Assembly (NCBI RefSeq): GCF_024521635.1
Contig: NW_026250416.1
Span: 434,001-498,000 of the forward strand
DNA from: Tricharina praecox
Lineage: Eukaryota
DNA length: 64,000 bases
Direction of reading: 5' to 3'
The translations under genes and the position numbers were made by a program. Shown here one piece after another: positions 48,291-62,058 of the stretch (positions are counted from its first letter, which is position 1; the number at the start of each line of letters is the position of its first letter). Under the pieces are notes generated by a model. The model was not told where the DNA came from. It was given only the letters and a program-made list of their open reading frames with translations, and ran no database searches.

Positions 48291-51200
48291 AAGAGGTCGA
48301 GGAGGGGGGATACGCACTATGGACGACTCTCCATTCGTGCCCGACTATGTAACACAAACGTGAGTCGACGACGGAAATTGACTATGGTTTTGAGGCGTTA
48401 ATATCCTCAGATAAGCGGCAACCACTCTGTCCCCTTCCGTCCTTCCGTCCTTCTATCCCCCCGAAACTCCTCCTCTCGCACCGATATCCCTCTCAGTGAG
48501 GGAGTGACCCGAGCTGATCCTCTCTCTCTCTCCTTCTCCCTTCTCCCTTCTCCCTTTCCCTTCCTTCCTTCGCTAATTGTCACCTCGATCAACAGCGTTG
48601 CGGGCGGTGGTAAGGAGCGTGTTGAGTCGCAAACATCTGATGCAGGGCTGAAGTTGTAGGTGTGTAGTACCTTCGGCTCGGCGGAGTGGCGCTCGAAACC
48701 AAGCAAGTTGAAGGGAGCGGGGAAAACCGAGGGGGAGGCGGGACGGGTAGTAGTATTAAGAATTGTTCGCGTGTGTGTGTGGGTGTGTGTGGGTGTATAT
48801 ATTTAAATTTATTTCGTGGTTGTTTTGAGCGGTCGGGAAGAAGGCACCGGCCACTCGGTACACGTAGACAGAGGGAAGGGGAGGGAAGGGAAGGAGTTTA
48901 GGGGGTGGGGGAGGGGGGGAGGAGGTCTACATAGGAATAGGGAATACCTAGGGAATAGTCGGTTCGATATTGGACATGCGGAACGAGCATCGCTAGCAAA
49001 GCAAAGCTGCAGAATTCATGGCCGACAGCTGAAAAAGCAATGAATGGGGAGTGGTCCGTTCAGCACAGGTTAGCGGGATTTGGGGGGGAAATTCCACAGG
49101 CCATGGGAGGTTCGCAACGTTGCTTGCTTGCTTGTTGGAGAGGGGTGTGGATGGTGAGAAGTGGTATGCAACTGCTCTGGACAGCTGCCATTGCTTCTTT
49201 CGTTCTTTCTTTTTGTCGGGACGTGTCAGAACTACTGTGGATTGGAAGCGATGCCGGCGGGTCAAAAATGAGCTTACAAGAGGGTCTCCATACGTATGGA
49301 GGCCTCACTCTCTCCTCTTGACCCCACTCCTTGAAACCAGGCTAGCCAGCTCGACGCTTGCACATAGGCTCGATACTGATAGGTAGTTGGTTTTAGCACA
49401 TTCTCTACACAACTACTGCACTGAGCATAACTAAATGATACATATACACATGGTGAACGGGTGGAGAGGGTGGCGGGCGATCGAACGTGGCGGGCAATCG
49501 ACAGAGAGGACATAGGTACGTATAACCCACATGGTGTCTGGAGGAACTACTAGTACGGCACTAACTGGAGGAAAGGAATCTTCACGCGCGACTACATATC
49601 CGACTGGCAGCCAACTATCTCTCTCGCTGCAAATCGTGTCCGCTCGTGGAGGAGTTGGTGCTGATTCCCGTCTTGTAGCGCCACTGGAGCACTCTCCATG
49701 CATACCTGCTCCACGAGTCGGAAACGACAGAGGCGTACGCCGCACATACATACACCTTCTCGCACGACGTGGGACTGAAGAATCGGTGCGATGTTCCAAT
49801 GCATAATAGGTAAGTTTGCGGTGCGGGCGCATAGAGCAGGAATGCCTACTATGCCTACTATGCCTACTATTATACCTACTATTATTACTACTCTATCACT
49901 ACTTTACAGGCTTACCAGAGAAGGGAGTGTCCGATTGGTCTGTAGGTATGCGGCGCGGTCGCACTTACCGGCAGTGTGGATCGCTTGCTCATTTGTTGAC
50001 TGCTCGTGGACCTCATCCGCGATCCCCGAGTTGTCGGATCGAGCGCCAGACTGCTGGTCTCATGGTCCGTCCGTCCGTTCCCACACGCTTCACACACACT
50101 TGCGTAGCGGCCGGCGAACCATCTACTAACCAGTACCTAGATACCCACTCTACTCTACTCTACTACCTATGGTTACGGAGGTGTAGTAAGAGCTTGCTGC
50201 TGCGGCCCGCAAAGTTGGTTGGTCCCCAGGACCGTGTTGGTTTTCGAACGGGCCCCACAGACCCCTTTCGCATGTTTGGGTCAGCTACTCTGGTTAGAGT
50301 CTATAGCACCTCTACCCGAGGATTATTCTTGTTACCGTCAACTACTATGCTAAGTACTTACCTAAGGTACTCTACTCCACCTGCTCGGCCATGGCCGTTG
50401 GCGTCTGGCGGAGGTTGCGGAGGACTACCTATTAGATGGTAGATACATAACTATGACATGTACCGCTGACAGCAGGAAACACTAGTGACCAGTCTCCGAC
50501 CCGCCAAAATTTGTCACGGTTCCCCTCCAGCGCTCAAATGGCATAGCTCTAAGCAGTCGGTCACCTCGGGGCAGTGCTTTGGGCCGTGTTAGTTAGCCGT
50601 GCACAAACAACGCTGGCCACGACGACGACACGACGACGACTTGGCTGCGTTGCAGCGTTGTTGGCGGCCTGTAACTATAGGTACTACATATCATACGTAT
50701 AGGTACTACAGTACCTATACGATCCGATTCTTATCCCACGACCACGCGTCAACATCCGAGCCCGACGGAGCGTTGAGAGTATCATATGTGCCTAGGTACT
50801 TGGATAGTTATCGTCTCCCCTCCGAGTCTCCGACGACGCCACCACCGACTCGCGAGTTCGCCGCAGATCAGACTGGGTATGTGCCGTACTGTACAAAATA
50901 CCGAACATGGCTGCCTGTATGTAGTCTGTAGCCTGTTGCCTGTAGTTGAGTTCCTCGGGTTCGGCCCGCCGTTAGGTTACGTATGTATGTAGTGTACTCG
51001 CACTTGGGTATGTATCATACCCGACCCAACCCAAGGGCCAACCCACAACCCAAACCACACTTGTCCTTCCTTCCGGCACATGCCTTTTTGATGGCGGCGG
51101 CGGCAAGCGAAGAATATTGCATCGAACTTGCAGCTGCCGGGGAGTGGGGAAGGGCCCAGGGGAGGGAGGGGAGGGGGGGGGGAGCATCATCGGAGCTCCG

Positions 51201-54200
51201 AAAAAAAAGTCCAGCGCATGAGACATCTCCAAGACTCCAAGCTGCTAAGATACCCTGCGGAATCCTGCGGGACAGGGGGGAGAAGATTAATGTGCCATCC
51301 GCTAACTGTGATACTCATGTATAGTATCCTAGGTTTATACCCCCTCTGGGGCCCAGATAGGGAATTGGCTGGGAGTTTGAAGCTTGGATGGGCGGCTATG
51401 AGTGTGGCAGTGTGTGGCGTTTGGAAAGGCGAGGAAACATCGAAAGCGAGTCGAGGCGAGTCGAGTCGGCTAACGGATCTTGTGGAGTAGTTGTCGACTT
51501 GGCCCATCAGAGTTCGTCCACTCGGTCAAGCAAGACATCCAGACGAAACGGAGAGGACTAGGTATCACAACCACCTAATTGCATACCAAAGGGAGCCGAA
51601 GAACGGCCGCAAGACTACTACCTACTAAGAAGCATGTACTTGTACTCTACTATACATGGATGGCTGGGCCGGGTTCAAAAGGAACGGTCTTGCACGCACC
51701 CAGCTTACATATCAGTCGGCAAATGACTGGGTCAGTGGACAGCGATAAGTCAGGCCGTCAACATCTCAGACTTCAATGTCTATACTACAGTTTCATACCA
51801 AGTGCCTAGGTACATACTGTCCCAACATCTGCGGCCCGGCGGGTCGTGCAAGCCATCCACAGACCGTCTTCCCCTGCCGATATATGGGGGGGGCGAACCC
51901 AGCTTCAGCCCAAAGCGTCTACTCCATATATTCTACAAACTCTGTGGCCTGTCTCCCCACCAGGTACCAGTACATGCAACTACCTACCCAGTACTCTGCG
52001 TAGATTTGTTTCCCAACCACGGGTAATCCCACCCATCCCAATCTTACTTTACCGGTTAACGGATCCCTAATGCTGACGATTGATGGATACCGGTAGAGTA
52101 CTCTAGACTCGTCTCTCCAGAGTAGGTGGTACTCCCGTAGGTACATACCTTCCCAGACTCCCAGTGCCCACCCCTTTTCCACCAAAAACAGAAACGCACC
52201 AAACTGTCGGAAACTCGCTCGGTTGTTGTCCGCCCGCCCCTCCCTCCTCCCCCTCTCCGGGACTACCGCATGCACTGGAACCGCGGGATAACCACCTACA
52301 TACCTGGAGTAGAGTGAGGGGTGGGAGGGGTGAGTTTCTCTGTTGCAGGCTTGCAGCCTTCTTCTTCCCGGCTGTTCCTCTTCACATATCTAACATCCTG
52401 GCCCATCCCATGTAGAGTAGGTAAACGCGTCACACGCGCGCTCACTCCTGCGGCAGATCTGCATTGGCTCGGCGGAGGTTGTCGGCGAGTTCCGTTGCTC
52501 CCCCCTCCCTCCCCTAAAAAAATAAAATAGAAAAGCCCGGACACGGCGGGTCGGGCTTGACTTGGCCCGTGGGCACCTTGAAGATCCCGCCGCAGTTTTG
52601 GCGCCGTTGTCTGCCAGCGAGTACGAGTGCGAGACCCACCACTGACCTACCTAACCGAGCCGAGCCACCCATCACCGGGTATGGAGAGCGGAGATGGGAT
52701 TTCGAATGTACGGTGGATGGTACGTACGTACGTATCTACATATGGGTCTTCGAGTAAAGTTCTCCAGACGTACCTACTCTACAGTAAATACCGGCCGCAT
52801 CGAGCTGCGAAATCTAGGTACTGTGTACGCGGGCGGCCGGAAAGTCCATGGCCCCCGGCCCCCCTTGCAATCTGTGGCTCAGCCGCTTCTCGTTCGATAC
52901 TCTGGGTAGATAAATACCTAGAACAGTGGCAGAGCCACAGATTTCAGCAGGGGGTGTAGATAGATAGCTGTGGATTAGGAATACCTCTCGAGTCTCGAGT
53001 CTCGATGGGGCGCGCTTGACGGCGCACCTCCGTTGACACTGGAGCGGGGCATTCGCCAGAAGTCGACTTGTTCCGTGGCGAGCAAGGGGAGAATCGAACG
53101 GATTATCGAACCATCGCGGGAGAATACCCAGAATACCCACCGGAATGCATCGGATCCGGCGCCTATACTCATGTACTCATGTACTCATGTATGTGCACCA
53201 CTCTATTTCTTCGCACAATCTCCATTCCCGTGTGCACGGCTCCGGGATAACCAAAACCACCCATAATAGAGTACGACCCAGCCCGGGAATTTTTTACTAC
53301 GCTTATTACTTACCCACACACTCGCATTAGTTAGAAAATGCTCTTTGCGGACAGACAGACGAGATCTCCCCGCCCGGTAACTACTCTACGGAGAGTGCTT
53401 ACCTCCGCCTCCTCCTCCCCATTCTCCTCCTCAACGGCAACGGCAAGTGGGCGCTCTACCTACCTACCGGTACCTATCACACCCTTGAACTCGAATCCCC
53501 TCTCCACACACCCCACCCAACCCAATTAACCCCACGACTAACATCGCATACCACTCTACATACCTCCCCACCCAACCTTCTGGACTAACTAAAGAATTCG
53601 AATCCGTGAATCCCATCAAGTAGTTAGTACCAGCCAGCTGTCCTGCGCATACCGTAAGACCCGAGATTCCCCCGAGCAGCGCTCAACCAATAGTCAAAAA
53701 AAGAACGTCACGTTACAGAGTCTACATATAGTACATACTACACACGTACTTTGGTACATAGCAGATATCCAACGGGCGGCGGTGCGGGGCGGGTGATCAG
53801 GAATGATCGAAGTATAGTACCCCCAATTGGCAACAGTCAACTGGGAATCATATCCACGAGAGGATTCCATTTCGGAAACCCTCACCATACTGTCGAGTTT
53901 CGAGGTCGCATGTGGCGCACCCGAGAACCTGCGTGCACCTACATACTCCACTCTGGGTACATACACACGTACATCGGGAGTGGGCGGGCGAGCGGGCACG
54001 CGAGATCACTCGCTTTGCGGGGCCGAATGTGGACTGTGGGCGGTGAGGCGGCGGCCAGCTCACTGCATCGACGAATGGCGGGGAAAGTTTAGGTGGAGGT
54101 AGAGGTGGAACCGTAGATGTGGATGTGGGCGGGTGGAGAGAGACACGGGACGGTCCCGATGGATAAGGATCTGATCTGACAGCCTACAGGCCCGCCCGAT

Positions 54201-56540
54201 TGGTTTCGCTCGCCCAGATTCCAAACTCCAGAGTCCAGAGATCGGCGCCCGTTGTCGCTTGGAATCAATCGGTGACATCTTTCATATCCGCACACGGCTC
54301 ACCCCTCCCCCCGTCGATTACGCCCACTTCGATACGCCCACTCCATGGTACTCTACTATATGTATCGATGGGACGGTTATCCCGCTCTCGCAGACGACTT
54401 GCCCCCCACCTCCCCCCACCCCCACCCCCGCCGCCCCGCTTCGGTATCTGGGGCCACCGCGTCGGTGCGATGTGGGCGCGCACCTGCAACTCATACATAC
54501 CTACATCATCCCCTCGGGTCGAGACTATCCGTCCGTCTCTGGAGCAGATGGCTGGAGTGCGAACTTGCGAACATGCGAACCTGCGAACCTGCGACGAACC
54601 GTGGTGGTCTCGACGACGACTTTCTCCTCCTCTGTTGTGGGTGTGGGGGGTTGGTACCGTGCACGAATTCCTCAGAGAAATCGTCGCGATGGTGGTCGTG
54701 GTGGTGGTGGTGGTGGTGGTGGTGTTGTGGGTTTATTTTTTTCCTTACTAGGGCATGATACGGACCTACGGACCTACCACGGTACTGCGGCCCCACTGTG
54801 GACTGGACTGGACTGGACTCGATCGGCTGGTACACCTGGGACATGGTTGCCATCGGAATATCGGAATATCTATAACTAGTACAGGGTCCCGGGTAGTTGA
54901 GTGTGACTCGTCTTCTCTTTCACTCTCTACAATCGTCGACACGTCGCCGCCGCGGAGCTGGAGAGCTGGCGATGTCGAAGCTATGTTTACTAAATATCTG
55001 TTTCGGTCGGTGATTTGAGGGGAGGCACGGACCGGAACGTGAATTGTTACTTCCGCCGTCGTAACTAGTGGTTAGTAGTGGTCGGTAAGCCCGATCGAGA
55101 AGGTACTAGTTAGTAGATGTGTACCAACCGTTGACGCCTAATCCTGGCTCTGCCGACGGTTGTTGATCACTGGTGCGAGTGAGAAGTGGCGACGATTGAG
55201 ATACTCGATGGGTTCCGATAGAGATTGTAGGAGCCTGAGGGAGAGATAGTTATGGGCTGGTGAATCGGGGGTTTTCAACTATGATAGAGTAATCGGATCG
55301 AGCGACTACCGGTACCCCAAACTAAATGGCAGATATGATAATAAATACGCTCCCAGAAAACACAAACCCTCTCCGCCACTCCAGATCCTCGTTGTACATA
55401 GCCTCCGGAATCATCCGCCCAACGTTCTCCAACCGATCAGTGCTGAGTATTGATCATTGCAACTTGTAAGTGGAAGGTGGCTGGCATTGCACCGAGTACG
55501 TAAGTACCTACCTTGTAGCTAGTCACGTAGTCATCGGTCCTCGGCGGTCCCGGAGGTCAGGCCAATAGTATGAGCTCCGGGTCCGATTAGAAATCCGATC
55601 CAGCGCACTACTTCGACGGCAGAGTAATGTGTGTTAAGCGGAGCGCAGAAATGGGACCAGTTCAGTTGTGCTCTTGCTTGCGACGTGGTCTGCTGACTGA
55701 CTGACTGACCTGGTCAGAACATCGCTGGTACCATACATGGTATCTCCATGATTGCATTCCTTAATCCGACAGATATCGGGCATGCTACGTCCCAGCTGCG
55801 TTCTACTACACCCGCACGGATTCCCCAAAGCTTCTCGCTGGGCTGCCCTGTCCTGCTTCCGGATGGGCAGAATCCTCAATCAGACCGACTTCCACCCAAG
55901 ATTCCAAGAAGAGCGCCCTGGGATGTGTGCGTACGTAAGAGAGGCCTTTTGATACCGGTATGCACTCCCATTCACGGTTCACCTGCCACCTTAAGGTCAC
56001 GGATTCTACCATGCACGTGTTCATTTGGCCTCACTCGGCTAGCAGCGAAGGAATGGGATCGTTATGACCGCGGTTCTCGACCAACCCGACCCAACACACT
56101 CCGCGACTCGGTCATCTTATGCCCCCCCCCCCCCCCCCCCGCCGCCGCCGTCGTGGGGAAATAGGTACTGCTACTGAGACGATGCCAGGGACGATACATC
56201 ATCGGCAGTCACGAGGATCACACCACACCATTCATGAGGTTGCACTCGTGTGTCAACAGAGGTGCAACGGTACTTCTCCGTGGATAGGTGCGCAATCAAT
56301 GAACAAACGAAACAAGCAAGGTGAGTGGCTGGCTAGCAACTTCAAACTGTCAAAAAGCCACTTACCTACCGAGAGCGCCCTAGACTCCCGGGTTATGTTC
56401 ACGAAAAGTGCTCATGATATAAGTGAGCTTTGATACTCATTGAACACAGTCTCGATTTCCATACTGGACAACAGCTACATTAAATAGATACATGGTACAA
56501 CCGTTACATTCGTTTGAAATTCGTTACACCTCCGCACTCC

Positions 56541-58861
56541 TTACTTGACGACGATAGCGCTTCCCTGCGGCATCCTCGCCTCATACTCAAGCGGCAAATC
56601 CAGATCGCCGCCATTATCCATGCGCAGCTCCCACAGTATCTCACCATTCTTCCTCATCTGCGCGGTGCCCAGCTTACTCTTCGCGGGGGCGACAGCGACC
56701 TGATCGCCCTCGTCCCTGAGGCCGCGTGGCTGCAAGAGTGAGATGCGTAGCCTCTCGTCGTCGCTGACGGGGACCTGATCGAGCACGAAGATCTTTACGG
56801 GGCCCTGGCGGGCGTTGTGGATGCGGATGGAGCGGCAGTAGTTGACTACGTTCTCCTTCATCATGATCATGCCCTGGCTGCTGGACTTTTTCGAGGGCTT
56901 GGAGTAGTGCACCTGGATGCTCTCGTCGACGCCGAGGCCGACGTCGAAGTGGTCGCCGGGCACGCACAGCGGAATCGACGTGTTGCCCATGAACGAGCCG
57001 TCGAGAGTCAGCCCGGCTTTGCCGTGCAGGAAGGTGACGCCCCCCGCTTTGGGGTTGATGACCCGCGCTTTGAGGAATACTGACGAGCGCAGCTTGGGCA
57101 CGGCGAGGTGAGAGAACTCGACGGTCGGGAGCGTCACGTCTGTGATTATGTGCCGCCGGATGAGCTTGGACGAGGTGATGGTGCGCACGCCGGGGAGATC
57201 GTAGATGGTCGTCATCCCGTGAGACTCGGCCGATGAGGTGGCGACCTGGAGTTTGGCTAGCTCTGCGAGTGGGAATCTGGAGGAGGGGCCATCACTCGGG
57301 GGTGGTGGTGGTGATGGTGGCGACGCCCTCTCCCTCTCCCTGTGAGCACTATTAAATCGCGTCAAGCGCCTCTCATCATCGGAACTAGGCTCGGCGGCTG
57401 CCCGGTACGAGGATGATGATGTGGTGGTGGCGGTGGAGACCCGCTTTTTTTTCGCCCGCAGAGCGTCGCGAAGGGCTTCGGGGGCAGTGTTGGTAGCAGC
57501 AACAGGGCTGTAACTAGGACTAGCAGGGTTGTAACTATATCTAGGTCTGTAGGTGTCTTTCACAACGTTCACCGTCTCCTGCGGCATCGACGACTGCGTA
57601 ACAGCATGTAGCTCCTTTCGCAGTTTGACCTCCGCCGGTGACAGAAGTCCTCCGTCGTCCCTGACTTCCCTGCTGGAGGCGCTCTGCAAGGTGACATTCC
57701 ACGCTGCCATCCAGGGAACCTTATCCTCCAGGCCGCTGAAGGTATTCTGGCTCGTCGAGAGTGTAATCTTCGCATCCTTCCAGGTCTCTCCGGTCCGATT
57801 GGTGTAATGCGCACGATACGTCAGCGTCCCCTGCTGCTTCGTGGAGTCGAGCCTGAGATCGTAATGCGGCGTCCACGACGCACCGCCAGTGATATACGAG
57901 ATCCGCAGGTATGGCAGCTCCCTGACGGGCATCTCGTCGTCCTCGGGCTTCCTAGACCTACCCATTTCCGCCACAGCGGTCACCGTCTTCGTCTCAGCCG
58001 GCAGCACCCCGTTCTCCACCGTGATCTTGATGCGATACACGCGGGACGGCAGCTGGAGCTTCTGTTCGCGTTTCTCCTCGCGCTTATCCCTCTTGAGTGC
58101 CTTCTTCAACTCTCTCTCCCTCCTCGGCTTCCTCCTCTGCCGATCAAACGCCCTTTGCAACCTCGCCTCCTTCTTGACCACCGCATTGATCTGCTTGTCA
58201 ACCTTCTCGATCTCCTCCCTGACGCCCTTCATCTCCTTGTACAGCGCCTCGTCCTGGCTCTTGTACCCCTCCAACTCCGGCATCGCCGGCACGTTCTCGG
58301 CGCAGTACTGCATGTTCCTCCTGAGGTAACCGAGGCGCTCCCCGGCGGATCTCAGGCGGTTCTGCAGTTCTTCGCGGGTGCTCCGGAGCGCCTTCAACTC
58401 GGCGATGACAGCCTTGAGCTCCGGCGGCCTCAGCGCGTCCTCGTCCTCGCTCTCCTCGCTCTCGCCATCCTCACTATCCTCGCTGTCCTCACTGTCCTCG
58501 CCCATCATCCGGTTCGCCACAGAGTCGACCGTCATGTCCGTCACCACTGCCCCCGCGCTCATCCCGTGCCCCTCGACTTTGATGCTGTGCTCGTCCGCCA
58601 GCGGCGTCAGGTTGTTGATCGTGATCTCGGTCCTCCCTGGCTTCAATTCCCCCGCATGTCAGCCACCTTCCTTGCGCCTCCCTCGCACTCACCCCTCGCA
58701 CTTCACCCCTCGCACCTCGGAAGGGAGTGGAAGGGATTCACCTTAATCGCCACATCCGCAATGTCGCGCACCACCGCCGCCCGCGTCGGGTATATCGTCA
58801 CGCTCCGTGCCGTAAGCGCCGAGATGCTGTATCGCAGCTGGTGGACGGTGTCGTCGGCCAT
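56541..58861 (-). CDS. DUF4140 + DUF4139 protein (mucoidy inhibitor MuiA-like family); 2 exons
   Basis: Exon 1 MADDTVHQLRYSISALTARSVTIYPTRAAVVRDIADVAIK, intron 58641-58741, then PGRTEITINNLTPLADEHSIKVEG and a coiled coil. LRISYITGGASWTPHYDLRL, NRTGETWKDAKITLST, YDLPG..TI, VPKLRSSVFLKA, LDGSFMG, LGVDESIQVHY, VLDQVPVSDDERLRI. Confidence 0.88.
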
Positions 58862-59183
58862 TGCTCTTTGCTCTTTCTTTTCTCACTTCTCTTCTCTTGT
58901 GCTGGGTGCGGGGGGTTCTTCCCGTTGCTTCTGATCGCGAGCCGGATGCGGGGGGCGCAGCGGCGGGGAGCGAAGGAGGTTATATGGCTGCCTTGCCTGC
59001 GGGATCCGGAGTCACCACACTCCACACACACACGTAGCACAAGGTAGCACAAGATAAGGCAGCCATCCAGAATCCCAGAATCCCAGAATCCCAGATGAAT
59101 CTAGGAAACGCAGATCTGTTGAGTCATGGCTAGGCATTGGCATGGCATGGTGCGCGTACAGGTACTCTACTATATCTACTCTA

Positions 59184-59205
59184 GGTGGGGGGGATGCGGG
59201 GCGGC

Positions 59206-59234
<29 letters not shown>
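59184..59234 (+). repeat. G-rich tract ending in a 29-nt poly-G (59206-59234), upstream of the DUF4139 gene
   Basis: Seen directly. Confidence 0.85.
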
Positions 59235-59237
<3 letters not shown>

Positions 59238-60314
59238 GTATGTGGAGTAAAGTACGTACGTACCTCCGCCGTTGAGAACAATCTACAGCTCACGGAACCA
59301 CCGACCGAGACCGGGTGCGGGACTGGGACCGGGGCCATGGAGCTCAACCCCGCACACGTCTGACGAGTATGATGCCTGGAGTACATAGAGTACATAGAGT
59401 ACGATACCCGGAATGATGCACTCACAAGTTCACAAGTTCGCAGCCCACCCAGCATGGCCATGCACGCAACCAACATCGAGGGCTGGGCTGGAACTACCAC
59501 GGCATAGAGTAGAGTGTAAGGGTAAGTGCTGCCTCACCAGGTTTTCCCCACAACTTAGTCACATCCACTCACTCATTTCATTGTACCTGGCTTAGTGGGC
59601 TCCTAATATAGACTAGTGCTTATAATTCGTAATGGTGGTGAGGCACCACTTATTGGCAGCTCCTGGTACATGCGCATTCCATCTGCAGCCTACATGCGAT
59701 CGGCGATAAACCTCCGTATGGGAGCACAACACCCAATCGTTATGTGTTTTTGTTTGTTTTGTTTAATCGGTAGAGGAATTGCTTGCGGCCTAAGTACCGG
59801 TGGATCATGGCAATATATGTACGCCACTGTCCAACCCTACGTTCATCGAGCGGCCCCGGTGTGGCTCGATGTGGCTTGCCCTATAGGCTACGCCCGCCAT
59901 GGCCCGTAGGCTGCCCCGAAGATATATGAGCGCACTACAGAAATAAAGCTAGGAAAGAATAGTCTGCTCCTCACCCCACCAGACGCCTCGCATCCTGCCT
60001 CTTCGTCAGGGTATGCCATGAACACGAACGAAGGTGTGGCGAGGAACATTCAACAGCGGAAGTGGTCTGGGTCCTCGACCTCAGCGGCGTCCTGCTCCTC
60101 CTCTCGAGTCTCGCCTCAGCTCCGCCTCCCTCTCTTCCCGCTCGGCGCACCCTGAGCTCGCCCTCGAACACCTCACTCGCTGCATCTTCCCCAACGACCT
60201 GAAGCCTCTGACATCCATCCGTCTGCCCACATCAGTGCCACATCATGACCTGGAGGCTGGCAGCACCGCTCGTCTGCTTGAGCTCCCAGCTTGCCCCTTC
60301 TTGCCCCTCTAGGC

Positions 60315-60362
60315 TCCCCGTCTCCCCGTCTCCCCGTCTCCCCGTCTCCCCGTCTCCCCGTC
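60315..60362. repeat. (TCCCCGTC)6 octamer tandem repeat
   Basis: Seen directly. Confidence 0.9.
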
Positions 60363-62058
60363 TGCTTCCGGACCTGTGCCCAGTGTTTTGGATTTTCTGC
60401 TGTGCTGGGCCCTGCTGGCTCTTCAATTCGAATTTCGGGTCAGCACTTGAATACCTACCGAGCGTAACCTAGGTATACCCGGGTCTGGAGCTGGGTATTG
60501 TAGCAGCACCATGGTCTATCCGTAGCGGGCGTCTGGGCGGCTCGTGAGTCGTCGTCTACTGGACCGGAGGTACTAGAGGTACTGGCCCGCGAGACAGTGT
60601 ACAGTATTCACTTCAGCTGGTAAATACTAAAACCTCGAGACCAGGCGCTCAAATATTCGAGGCCATGGCCAGGCTGGGATCGGGTCCAGTCTCTGCCATC
60701 TGCCCATCTGCCCATCTGCCCAGCTTTTCTGCTTAACCAGTCCGGTACTTCTTCTTGCCAGTGACTTTCGCATCCGCCATGCCGATGCTTTTGCTTCCTT
60801 CCACTTAGTGTCAACTTTCCGTGCTGCCCCCCCTTAGGTAAGAGACGAGTGACGGAGGAGGTGGTGGTGGCAGCGGCCTGGTTGCGTACTGGTTCAGGTA
60901 GCGGGTGCCCTCCACTCCACTCCGCGAGCGAGCGGTGGGTTCGAGGTTATCGGCTGCCAGCTTGACCCATTCGTCTGGACTCTGCCTTCTCGTTCGCAGG
61001 GAGTTAGGGACCCCTTTAGGCTTTAGGCTTTGTGTGCCGCGCACCATCTGGTCTCAATGGTGATCTCAGGCTTGATGGCATACTCCTGGCCGGGGCCAGG
61101 CCATCGTCACCATCAGTCCAGCCAGCCAGCAAGCACTTTCCAAGCTCCAAGCCGAGTGACACGCCATGCAATCACCCCCCCTCCCGGCCCATCATCACCA
61201 AAAGAAGAAGAAAGTCCAAGATTTCAAAAATATCAACGATTGTGATGTATTTATTTATTTGATTTCTTTATTTTATTTGAATTTTGTCTGAAAGAAGTTT
61301 CCATGTTCTCAGGATGCACATATGCTTTGCCGCCCACGTCCATGTCCATGTCGTCCATGTAATCCATCCATCCATCAGGCGCCGCCGCCTCCCCCTCCGA
61401 CCCGAGGCGTGCTTTGTCCCTATCCCTCCCCATCCAACCATCCAGCCCGCCCGTGTATATGATGCTTGCCAGCCAGTCCAGTGTAATGCATGTTCAATGC
61501 AATCCTCCAGCTCCCCCCCCCCTCCCCCAATGCCACCGAAAGTCGTTCGTCGTTCGTCAAAAAAAGTTAAGGAAAGTCGAGAAAAGGAAAACAAAGGAAA
61601 CTCTCTCAATCATGAGCAACACCACAAACCACAAACCACAAACCACGAACCACGACAAAAAAAACAAACAATTCAACGAGTCCACGCCACCGATCCTTTC
61701 GCGCCCAGAACCACAAAAGAGAGAAAGATCAAAAAATGCAAACCCACCGGCCCAAACGCAAGGAAAAAGAGAAAAGGAAAAAACCAACACGAATCAAAGA
61801 AAAAACATATCAACACATGACAAGGAAAAGAGAAGGGGGGAAAAAAGGAAAAAGGGGGGAGGGGAACATAAGCACATGAACATAACCATCTCGAAAAAAC
61901 CCGGCTTGCTGCACGGAGCCAAAAGACTCCGCCAGACTGATCCCAGGGGCCCGCGAGGGGGTGTTCTCTAACGTCATCAAACAGGGAAGAAAAATCGGTA
62001 AAATATAAAAAAACCGCCGCCAAAAAAAAGAACACTCGATGCATCGGGAATCCTGGCC

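Noticed and set aside
49080..49280. GGGAAATTCC ... ATGAGCTTAC resembling RNase P/MRP CR-I and CR-V
   Set aside because: The two segments cannot form the P4 helix.
55060..55110. GGTTAGTAGTGGTCGGT similar to the 5S rRNA internal control region
   Set aside because: Flanks do not fit the 5S sequence or stems.
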